This document shows, in pieces, positions 1 through 7,715 of a DNA stretch of 64,000 bases. This stretch comes from Candidatus Multivoradales bacterium (lineage in GTDB: Bacteria > Acidobacteriota > Thermoanaerobaculia > Multivoradales > JAHEKO01). Numbering within the stretch: the first letter of the stretch is position 1; every line of letters starts with the position of its first letter. The position numbers were made by a program, and so were the translations under genes. Below the pieces are notes generated by a model that worked only from the letters and a program-made list of their open reading frames with translations, made no database searches and had not been told where the DNA came from. The stretch is from the NCBI GenBank assembly GCA_965223855.1, contig CBDCXM010000009.1, forward strand, positions 1,632,001-1,696,000, read 5' to 3'.

Positions 1-626
1 GCGGTTTCGCTGCGGCGCGGGTCGATGACGACGAGACAGCGCTCGGGATCGCGGGCGATCTCTCCGATCACCGCCCGGGCGCGGGCGATGCCGTGTGACT
101 GCCATGGGTTCTTGCCGAGGAAGACCGCGACCTCGCAGTGCTCGAAGTCGCCGTGAGCGCCGATGCCGAGCATCTTGCCGGCGACCCAGAACTCACCCGT
201 CTTCTCCTGCGCCAGGGCGTTGGAGCGGTAGCGCACCCCGAGCGCCTTGAGCCAGGCGTCGATGTAGGTGCCGCCCAGGTGGTTGCCCTGGCCGCCGCCG
301 CCGAAGAAGAGGATCCTGTCGCCGCCCCATTTTTCGCGTACCGCCCCCATCCGCTCGGTGATCTCGGCGATCGCGGTGTCCCAGTCGACCGGCTCGTAGC
401 TGCCGTCCTCGCGGCGGCGCATCGGCGAGGTGATTCGGTCGGCGCCGTTCTGGTAGTAGTCGAGCCGCTGCGCCTTCTCGCACAGGTAGCCCTTCGAGAC
501 CGGGTGTGCCTTGTCGCCGACGATGCGAGTGAAGCGGCGATCGTCGGACTGCGCCTTCACGCCGCAGTTGAGCGAGCAGAGGATGCACGCGGTGTGATGC
601 CAGGGCTGGCTGTCAGGCGGGGGCAT
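1..626 (-). CDS. Molybdopterin (Mo-bisPGD) oxidoreductase, N-terminal part; runs off the left window edge
   Basis: Not in the ORF track because it has no stop in the window. Manual translation from ATG at 626: MPPPDSQPWHHTACILCSLNCGVKAQ...GDKAHPVSKGYLCEKA...RITSPMRR...VDWDTAIAEI...FLGKNPWQSHG...LVVIDPRRSET. This is the CxxCxxxC...C 4Fe-4S motif plus DMSO-reductase-family motifs. Confidence 0.88.
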   Translation of the reverse strand, partial: MPPPDSQPWHHTACILCSLNCGVKAQSDDRRFTRIVGDKAHPVSKGYLCEKAQRLDYYQNGADRITSPMRRREDGSYEPVDWDTAIAEITERMGAVREKWGGDRILFFGGGGQGNHLGGTYIDAWLKALGVRYRSNALAQEKTGEFWVAGKMLGIGAHGDFEHCEVAVFLGKNPWQSHGIARARAVIGEIARDPERCLVVIDPRRSET

Positions 627-682
627 ATCCTGCGGCGCAGCATATCGGGAACGACGGTCGGAGGCCCCGATGGCGGGGCTAC

Positions 683-698
683 CTACCCCGGAGGGTGG
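683..698. promoter_or_regulatory. Candidate NarL/LuxR-type operator CTACCC-N4-GGGTGG
   Basis: Imperfect palindrome in the divergent intergenic region; matches the perfect palindrome at 4738-4753. Confidence 0.4.
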
Positions 699-775
699 CT
701 GCGACAGCCGTGATTGCGGGTACCGTCCGACTGGATTCGTCGCTCGAACGTTCCTCGCAGCAAGGAGGCCTCGCC

Positions 776-2713
776 ATGGGTCAGACCGACGTCAGCGCCG
801 CCTTCGATCCGCAGCAACTGCGGCTCTTCGGGCAGAAGGTGCTCCGCGATCTCCGGGCGCTCGAAGCGATGATCGAACAGTCTCTGTTCGAGACCGACCG
901 CCGCCGGATCGGCGCCGAGCAGGAGATGTGCCTCGTGACCCCGGAGGGGTTCCCGGCGCTCGTCGGGCCGGCGATTCTCGAGGCGGTCGAGGATTCGCAC
1001 CTGACGACCGAGCTCGGCCGCTTCAATCTCGAGCTCAACCTCGACCCGCAGGAGTTCGAGGGGCATGCGCTGTCGGTGATGGAGGGGCAGCTGCTCGAGT
1101 TGCTGGCGATCGTGCGCCGTGGGGCGCGCGAGGAGGGGAGCGAGGTGTTGCTGACCGGGCTCCTGCCGACGCTCGAGAAACGCCACCTGACCCTCGAAGC
1201 GATGACCCCAGTACCGCGCTACCACGCCCTCAACGAGGCGATGCGCCGGCTCCGCGACGGTGAGGACTTCCAGTTCCACATCCGCGGCGAGGACGAGCTG
1301 CGCGTCTCGCACGACAATGTGATGCTCGAGGCGTGCACGACGAGCTTCCAGGTCCACTACCAGGTGGCGCCGGCGGAGTTCGCCCTCGCCTACAACACCG
1401 CTCAACTTCTGGCGGCGCCGGTGCTGGCGGTCGCCACGAACTCGCCGCTCCTCTTCGGCCATCGGTTGTGGAGGGAGACGAGGATCGCCGTCTTCGAGCA
1501 GTCGATCGACACGCGGCCGACGGCGTCGCACCACCGTCAGCAGGCGCGGCGCGTGAGCTTCGGCCGCGAGTGGGTGAAGGAGTCGGTGCTCGAGCTCTTC
1601 CGGGACGACATCTCGCGGTTCCCGGCCGTGCTGGCCGTCGAGACGGACGAGGACTCGCTGGCGCTCCTGGAGAAGGGGGAGATCCCGAAGCTGCGTGCGT
1701 TGCAGCTGCGCAACGGCACGGTCTATCGCTGGAACCGGCCCTGCTACGGCATCACCGACGGCAAACCCCACCTGCGGATCGAAAACCGGCTGCTGCCTTC
1801 CGGGCCCTCGGTGCGCGACGAGATGGCGAATGCCGCGCTGTGGCTGGGGTTGATGAGCGGCCTCCCGGCGCAGCTGGGGGATCCGTCGTCGCTGCTGCCG
1901 TTCGACGAAGCGCGGTCGAACTTCATCGCCGCCGCGCGCCATGGGCTCGACGCGCAGGTGAGCTGGCCGGGGCTCGGGCGGCTGCCCGTCGCGGTGCTCC
2001 TCGAGGAGACGTTGCTGCCGATCGCCCGCCAGGGGCTCGAGGAGGCAGGTGTCGCTCGTGACGACGTCGACGAGTATCTGTGGGTCATCGCCGGTCGGGT
2101 TCGCTCCGGTCGCACGGGCTCGCGCTGGATCCTGGAGGCTGCCGGCGGAGAGCGGGGGATGGCGAAGGCGTCGGCACTGGCCCACGTGGTGCGCGAGACG
2201 CTGGCGCGCCAGGCGGAAGGCCTGCCGGTGCACGAATGGTCGCCGGCACAGCCGCCGGCGGAGGTGGCGACCCCGGGGCCGGACCTCACCGTTTCTCATC
2301 TGATGACGGGGGATCTCTTCACCGTCGGCGAGGAGGAGGTCGTCGATGTGGTGGCCGCGGTGATGAACTGGCGGCACCTGCGCCGGATTCCGGTGGAGGA
2401 CGCCGCCGGGCGGCTCGTCGGGCTGGTGACCTATCGGGCGCTGCTGCGGGTGCTGAGCGACTCCCAGGCGCGCCGGGCGCTGCCGGTGGGGGAGATCATG
2501 ACGCGCGACCTGCACACGGCGTCGCCCGACACGACGGTGCTCGAGGCGCTCAAGACGATGCAGGAGCATCGGGTCGGCTGTCTGCCGATCGTCGACGGCG
2601 ACCGGCGGCTGGTCGGCATCCTGACCGAGCACGACCTGATCGGACTCGCGCGGCCGCTGCTCGAGCGCCACCTGACGGGTGACGAAGGCGGCCCGACCGA
2701 CCGGGCGGAGTAG
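776..2713 (+). CDS. Glutamate-cysteine ligase family (GCS2) protein fused to a C-terminal CBS-domain pair
   Basis: AGGAGG at 763-768 before ATG 776. GCS2 motifs IGAEQEM, ELGRFNLELN, SFQVHYQV, NSPLLFG..LWRETR, HLRIENR. C-terminal CBS repeats (VSHLMT...RRIPVED...LVGLVT; VGEIMT...GCLPIVD...LVGILTEHDL). Confidence 0.85.
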   Translation: MGQTDVSAAFDPQQLRLFGQKVLRDLRALEAMIEQSLFETDRRRIGAEQEMCLVTPEGFPALVGPAILEAVEDSHLTTELGRFNLELNLDPQEFEGHALSVMEGQLLELLAIVRRGAREEGSEVLLTGLLPTLEKRHLTLEAMTPVPRYHALNEAMRRLRDGEDFQFHIRGEDELRVSHDNVMLEACTTSFQVHYQVAPAEFALAYNTAQLLAAPVLAVATNSPLLFGHRLWRETRIAVFEQSIDTRPTASHHRQQARRVSFGREWVKESVLELFRDDISRFPAVLAVETDEDSLALLEKGEIPKLRALQLRNGTVYRWNRPCYGITDGKPHLRIENRLLPSGPSVRDEMANAALWLGLMSGLPAQLGDPSSLLPFDEARSNFIAAARHGLDAQVSWPGLGRLPVAVLLEETLLPIARQGLEEAGVARDDVDEYLWVIAGRVRSGRTGSRWILEAAGGERGMAKASALAHVVRETLARQAEGLPVHEWSPAQPPAEVATPGPDLTVSHLMTGDLFTVGEEEVVDVVAAVMNWRHLRRIPVEDAAGRLVGLVTYRALLRVLSDSQARRALPVGEIMTRDLHTASPDTTVLEALKTMQEHRVGCLPIVDGDRRLVGILTEHDLIGLARPLLERHLTGDEGGPTDRAE

Positions 2714-3370
2714 CTAGCTGTCCTCCTGCTCCTTCGGGCTGCCGTGGCCGGCCTGGAGGGCGAAGGCGACGACCTGCGCGCGGTTGTTGAGGTGCAGCTT
2801 CTCGAAGATGTGCCGGATGTGAAACTTGACCGTGTTCTCGCTCACACCGAGGTGCTCCGCGAGATCGCGATTGCTCGTCACGCCGTGGATCATCAGGTCG
2901 AGTACCTGGTCCTCGCGCTCGGTGAGCGCCTCCACCATCGGTGTGTCGAGGGTGCCGGCGCCGCTGAAGTCGCCACGGACCCGGCGCGCCATCGAGGGGG
3001 TGAGGAGCGGATGTCCCTCGGCGAGGCTGTCGAGGACGGCGAAGAAGTCCTCCGCCATCAGGTTCTTGAGCAGATAGCCGCGCGCACCGCTCTTGATGGC
3101 GGCGAACACCGAGGCGTCGTCGTCGCTCGCCGTCAGAACGACGACATGGGTCTCGGGGAGCTCGGCGCTGATCGCCCGGGTGGCGTCGAGTCCGCTCATG
3201 CGGGGCATCGTGAGGTCCATCAGCACGACCTCGGGCTTGAGCTCGAGGGTTAGATCGACCGCCTCACGTCCGTCGCTCGCCTCCGCGACCACCTCGTAGT
3301 CGTTCGCCTCCAGCAGGCTGCGCAGACTGGCGCGAAAGAGCGCGTGATCGTCTGCGATGAGGAGCCTCAC
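2714..3370 (-). CDS. NarL/LuxR-family response regulator
   Basis: REC domain (LIADDH, VLMDL, GYLLK) plus LuxR HTH (LTEREDQVL...SNRDLAEHLGVSENTVKFH). Confidence 0.93.
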   Translation of the reverse strand: MRLLIADDHALFRASLRSLLEANDYEVVAEASDGREAVDLTLELKPEVVLMDLTMPRMSGLDATRAISAELPETHVVVLTASDDDASVFAAIKSGARGYLLKNLMAEDFFAVLDSLAEGHPLLTPSMARRVRGDFSGAGTLDTPMVEALTEREDQVLDLMIHGVTSNRDLAEHLGVSENTVKFHIRHIFEKLHLNNRAQVVAFALQAGHGSPKEQEDS

Positions 3371-4704
3371 GGGTCGGTGCCTTGTCTCCTCGGCACCTCC
3401 GCAAGGATCTTCGTCCCCTCACCGGGTGCCGTGGTGAGCGTAAGGGTACCGCCAATTCCCTCGACGCGCTCGCGCATGATCGACAGGCCGTAGCCGTTGC
3501 CCTCGGCGGCGGTCTCGACCTCGAATCCGGTGCCGTCGTCCGAGACCGAGAGGGTGGTGCCCTCGCCGTTGGCGGCCATCCTGATCTCGACCCGGCCGGC
3601 AGCGGCGTGACGGCGGACGTTCGACAGCGCCTCCTGCAGCACCCGGTAGAGCTCCCACTTGGAGGTCCAGGGCAGCTGGACCGCCTGGCTCGAGACGGCG
3701 GTGACGATGCCGGTCTGCTCGGACCAGTCCTGCGCATAGGCGTCGACGGCTTCCTCGAGGTCGAGCTCGGAGTTGAGAGGATTTCGCAGTGCGAGGATGC
3801 TCTCCCGGACCTCGTCGTACGCCGTCCGCGCCGACTCGCCGAGCCCCTCCAGATGGCCAAGGACGGCGTCGGTGTCGTTCTTGCGCAGCAGTCTCAGAGC
3901 CGCCTGCGAGCGGACGCTGACCGAGGCGAGCACCTGCGCCAGGCCGTCGTGCATCTCGCGTGCGATGCGCAGAGCCTCGTTGGAAACAGCGGCGGAGCGC
4001 AGTTGCTCGTGGTGGGAGGAGGTATCGACCGCGAGCCCGGCGATCCTGGCGAAACGGACGAGCGATTCTTCGTCGAACTGGGTGAACGCCGGCGCCGTCT
4101 CCTTCTCGGCCAGGTAGAGATTGCCGCGAAAGCCGTTACGGGACGCGATCGGGACGGCGAGAAGGGATTTCATCGGCGGGTGCTTGGCGGGGAAGCCGGC
4201 GGAGCGGGGGTCGCGGGCGAGGTCGTCGAGGCGCAACCGCTCGCCCCTTAGCAGTGGAACCGCCAGCAGGCCGCGACCGGTGGGCGGAGCCCCGATCTGC
4301 TCGGCGAGCTCGGGCTCGATCCCGGAGGTGATGAACTCGACGATGGTCCCCTCGTCGTCGACGACGGACAGTGCTCCGTAGCGCGCGTCCATGAGTTCAC
4401 GAGCCTGTTCGACGATTCGCTCCAGCAGTTGCCCCAGGTCGAGGTCGCCGTGGATCTCGAGACCCGCCTCGTAGAGTGCATAGAGTTCGTCGTTGTGGCG
4501 TTCCAACCTCTCTCGAAGCAGCACCTGCTCCCGGATTGCGCCGATGCCGAGCGCCACTACGCAGGCGACGAAGAGCAGCTTCACTGCGACCGTCGTCCAA
4601 CCGGGCGCGGCGGGGGGGAGGAGCAGATACAGCGCTACCAGCATCACGATGAGCGCGAGCGCTACCGTCCAGTGCCACTTGTACCGCCGGGCGGTGGGTT
4701 GCAT
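3367..4704 (-). CDS. Membrane-anchored GAF sensor histidine kinase (HisKA_3; DosS/NarX-like)
   Basis: Two TM helices, a GAF domain (RYGALSV...GFPAKHPPMKSLLAVPI), H-box RIAREMHDGLAQ, and QEALSNVRRH / DDGTGF / GYGLSIMRER. Overlaps the regulator start by 4 nt. Start placed at ATG 4704 rather than the track's 4791. Confidence 0.9.
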   Translation of the reverse strand: MQPTARRYKWHWTVALALIVMLVALYLLLPPAAPGWTTVAVKLLFVACVVALGIGAIREQVLLRERLERHNDELYALYEAGLEIHGDLDLGQLLERIVEQARELMDARYGALSVVDDEGTIVEFITSGIEPELAEQIGAPPTGRGLLAVPLLRGERLRLDDLARDPRSAGFPAKHPPMKSLLAVPIASRNGFRGNLYLAEKETAPAFTQFDEESLVRFARIAGLAVDTSSHHEQLRSAAVSNEALRIAREMHDGLAQVLASVSVRSQAALRLLRKNDTDAVLGHLEGLGESARTAYDEVRESILALRNPLNSELDLEEAVDAYAQDWSEQTGIVTAVSSQAVQLPWTSKWELYRVLQEALSNVRRHAAAGRVEIRMAANGEGTTLSVSDDGTGFEVETAAEGNGYGLSIMRERVEGIGGTLTLTTAPGEGTKILAEVPRRQGTDP

Positions 4705-4737
4705 GCGCGCATTGTAGGGAAGTCGGCTCGAAGCCGC

Positions 4738-4753
4738 CCACCCGATCGGGTGG
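4738..4753. promoter_or_regulatory. Perfect 16-bp palindrome CCACCCGATCGGGTGG, candidate response-regulator site
   Basis: Lies in the 85-bp divergent gap between the kinase and the porin operon. Confidence 0.5.
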
Positions 4754-4789
4754 TGCGTTGCGTCGGGCGGTGTCTCAGAATCGAAGGGC

Positions 4790-6052
4790 ATGTACGCAAG
4801 ATGCGCCTTCGCGGCGCTGACCGTCGTTGCCGCCCTGGCGGCGCCGGTGTCTGCCGGCCGGGAGCCGGCGGCTCGAAACGCGGCCGACGGAGAGGACAGC
4901 AGCGCCTCGACGGAGGGTTCCGGTCTCCTGTCGGCCCTGCGGGCGGGCGAAACCAGCCTGGGCCTGCGCTACCGCCACGAGACCGTCTCGGTCGATTCTC
5001 CCGTGCGGGACGCGCACGCCTCTACCCTTCGCACGACGCTCGGGTGGAAGTCGGGCTCCTACTACGGCTGGCGGGTGTTTCTGGAGGCCGAGGACGTTTC
5101 GGTTCTCGGCGATCGCGACGGCTATCGCAACGCCGGGGCCGGGGCGTTGTCGAACGGCGTCGACGACCGGGCGGTGGTGGCCGATCCCGCTCTCACCGAG
5201 CTCAACCAGGCGGGGCTCCGCTGGCAGGGAAGACGGGGCGAACTCGTGGTCGGTCGGCAGGAGATCAATCTCGCCGACCAGAGGCTGGTCGGCGCCGTCG
5301 GCTGGCGGCAGAACCATCAGTCGTTCGAGGCCGTTCTCTTCCGCTACAGAACGGCGAACGGAATCGGCTTCGAGGCTGCACAGCTCGAGAGTGTGCAGCG
5401 GATCTTCGGCGACGCCCGCGACCTCTCCGGGCAGCTGCTGCAAGTGGACTGGGGGCACGGCCCGGTGAAGCTGAGGGCCTACGTGCTCGAGGTCGACTTC
5501 GAGCGCTTCGCCGGACTTTCGACCCGCACGGCGGGTGCCGAAGGCCGTTGGACGACCGCTCTGACCTCCCGCCGATCCCTCGAGGCCGAGATCGAGTACG
5601 CCGTGCAGGAAGACGCCGGCGCAAACCCAGACAACGTCGAAGCCGACTACCTCCACTGGAGCGTCGGGCTGTCCGGGGAGCCCCTTTCGTTGTGGGTCGG
5701 AGGCGAAGAGCTGTCGGGCGCCCCCGACGAAGGGCGCTTCGCGACCCCGCTGGCCACGCTGCACAAGTTCAACGGCTGGGCCGATCAGTTCCTGCAGACG
5801 CCCGAGAACGGCCTCCGCGACCTCCATGTAGGTCTCGGGGCGCAGCGAGGTGCCTGGCTGGGCGAACTGAGGGCCCACCGGTTCGACGCCGCCAGCGGCG
5901 GCGCCGAGTACGGCGACGAGTTGGACCTGCTGGTGCGGTGGAAGAGCGGCTGGGGCCAGACCTTCGCCCTCAAGATGGCCGACTACGGCGCGGACGGTCA
6001 CTCGGTCGATACGACGAAGTGGATGCTTTGGACGGAGGTGCGCTTTCCATGA
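4790..6052 (+). CDS. Outer-membrane beta-barrel protein, alginate-export (AlgE-like) family
   Basis: Signal peptide, alternating beta-strand pattern, motifs VGRQEINLADQRLVGAVGWRQN and FATPLATLHKFNGWADQF, aromatic residue near the C-terminus. Confidence 0.75.
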   Translation: MYARCAFAALTVVAALAAPVSAGREPAARNAADGEDSSASTEGSGLLSALRAGETSLGLRYRHETVSVDSPVRDAHASTLRTTLGWKSGSYYGWRVFLEAEDVSVLGDRDGYRNAGAGALSNGVDDRAVVADPALTELNQAGLRWQGRRGELVVGRQEINLADQRLVGAVGWRQNHQSFEAVLFRYRTANGIGFEAAQLESVQRIFGDARDLSGQLLQVDWGHGPVKLRAYVLEVDFERFAGLSTRTAGAEGRWTTALTSRRSLEAEIEYAVQEDAGANPDNVEADYLHWSVGLSGEPLSLWVGGEELSGAPDEGRFATPLATLHKFNGWADQFLQTPENGLRDLHVGLGAQRGAWLGELRAHRFDAASGGAEYGDELDLLVRWKSGWGQTFALKMADYGADGHSVDTTKWMLWTEVRFP

Positions 6053-6660
6053 GTGACGCGTCGAGGGATTCCAAGGCCAGCACCACCACGGGCGGCGACC
6101 CGAGGGAAACGTCGTCACCTTCCGCAGCGCGGGCCCAGCCGCCGAGCGAGGATCGCCGGGACTTCCTGGCCAGGGCGTCGAAGGTCGCCATGGCCACAGG
6201 CCTCGCGGCGGGGTACGGTGCCCTCGGAGTCGTCGCGGCTCGCTATCTCTATCCAGCCGGGTCGACCGACGAGGGGTGGGTGTTCGCCGCCGAGACGGCG
6301 AAGATGCGCCCCGGCGATTCGAGGCTCTTTCGGGGCCCGTCCGGGGAGACGATCAACATCACCCGGACGGCGGCCGAGGAGTCGGCGGAGAGTTTCATCG
6401 CGCTCTCGAGCACCTGTCCGCACCTGGGATGCCAGGTGCACTGGGAGCCGCAGAACGACCGCTACTTCTGCCCCTGCCACAACGGGACCTTCGATGCCGA
6501 GGGGAAGGGGACCGGCGGTCCGCCGGGAGATGCGGGTCAGACACTCCCGAAGTACCCGCTGAGAGTGGAGAAGGGGCTGCTGTTCGTCTCCGTGCCTTCC
6601 TCGCAGCTGGCGCGCGGTGAGCGACTCGTCGAGATCGAGCGGAGGAGACGGCGATCCTGA
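6049..6660 (+). CDS. Rieske 2Fe-2S protein (Tat-exported; Rieske/cytochrome b complex subunit)
   Basis: ATG 6049 overlaps the porin stop (ATGA). Tat motif DRRDFL, a TM helix, and boxes CPHLGC and CPCHNG. Confidence 0.92.
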   Translation: MSDASRDSKASTTTGGDPRETSSPSAARAQPPSEDRRDFLARASKVAMATGLAAGYGALGVVAARYLYPAGSTDEGWVFAAETAKMRPGDSRLFRGPSGETINITRTAAEESAESFIALSSTCPHLGCQVHWEPQNDRYFCPCHNGTFDAEGKGTGGPPGDAGQTLPKYPLRVEKGLLFVSVPSSQLARGERLVEIERRRRRS

Positions 6661-7706
6661 GCGGAGCACAGAGCTGGCTCAAAGAGCGGATCCCCGTGTC
6701 GGGCTCGCAGATGCGCGAGCTCACGAACGAGCCGGTGCCCCACCACCTGAAGCGCTGGTGGTTCGCCCTCGGTGGCACACCGGCCTACCTCTTCGTGGTG
6801 CAGATCTTCACCGGGATTCTCCTCGCCTTCTACTACGAGCCGTCGTCGCAGTCGGCCTACGAATCGGTGCGCTACATCACCGAGGAGGCGGCGTTCGGCT
6901 GGTATCTGCGCAGCGTCCACAAGTGGGCGGCCACGCTGATGATCGCCGCCGTGGTGCTGCATCAGATGCGGGTCTATTTCACCGGCGCCTACCGCCGCCC
7001 GCGGGAGCTCAACTGGGTCGTCGGGATGTGTCTGCTGCTGACGACCCTGATGACCGGTTTCACCGGTTACAGCCTGGTCTACGAACAGCTCTCGTTCTGG
7101 GGTGCGACGGTCGGCGCCAACATCACCGACACCGTGCCGGTCGTCGGCGGATTCCTGAAGACGATGCTCCTGGCGGGCGACAGCTACAACGAGCACACGT
7201 TGTCCCGCTTCTTCGTGCTCCACGCCGCCGTCTTGCCCGTGACGATCATCCTGCTGGTGGTCGTGCACGTGATCTTCATTCGCCTCCAGGGGGTGACGGA
7301 GTTCAAGTTCAAGGACGAGGAGCGACTGCCGGCCAGGTCGTTCAACTTCTTCCCGGAGCATCTGATGACGGAGCTCACGATCGGGCTGGTCCTGATGGTG
7401 ATTCTGTCGGCACTCGCCACGATCTTTCCAGCCGTCATGGGGCCGCCCGCGGATCCGCTGACCACTCCCGAAGTCATCAAGCCCGAGTGGTTCTTCTATG
7501 TGGCGTTCCGCTGGTTGAAGCTCTTTACTGGGACCGCGGCGGTGCTGAGCATGGGGTTGATCGTCGGCACGATGTTCGCCTGGCCGTGGATCGACGGTTG
7601 GATCCGGCGACGGACGAGGTTCAAGGAGGCGAGCGTCTGGATCGGCATCGTCGGGGTGCTCACGATCGTCGCGCTCACCGTCTGGGAGGCAGTGGTCAAA
7701 CACTGA
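6657..7706 (+). CDS. Cytochrome b of a Rieske/cytb complex (b6-like N-domain fused to the PEW-containing subunit IV region)
   Basis: WWFALGG, LRSVHKW, LHQMRV, RELNWVVG, GFTGYSL, RFFVLHAA, IKPEWFFY. The b6-like WLKERIP lies upstream of the GTG at 6696, so the start is probably CTG 6657 (uncertain). Confidence 0.9.
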   Translation: MSGAQSWLKERIPVSGSQMRELTNEPVPHHLKRWWFALGGTPAYLFVVQIFTGILLAFYYEPSSQSAYESVRYITEEAAFGWYLRSVHKWAATLMIAAVVLHQMRVYFTGAYRRPRELNWVVGMCLLLTTLMTGFTGYSLVYEQLSFWGATVGANITDTVPVVGGFLKTMLLAGDSYNEHTLSRFFVLHAAVLPVTIILLVVVHVIFIRLQGVTEFKFKDEERLPARSFNFFPEHLMTELTIGLVLMVILSALATIFPAVMGPPADPLTTPEVIKPEWFFYVAFRWLKLFTGTAAVLSMGLIVGTMFAWPWIDGWIRRRTRFKEASVWIGIVGVLTIVALTVWEAVVKH

Positions 7707-7715
7707 GGAGCTGTC

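Noticed and set aside
683-2671. Long antisense ORFs (also 6537-8249, 37932-40442, 41195-43066, 52640-55015, 59739-62213 and others)
   Set aside because: These are shadow frames of well-supported genes in high-GC DNA, with Arg/Pro-rich, motif-less translations.
4429-6660. 743-aa ORF suggesting a giant Rieske fusion
   Set aside because: The upstream part is an alternative frame over the kinase and porin genes. The real Rieske starts at ATG 6049 with its Tat motif.
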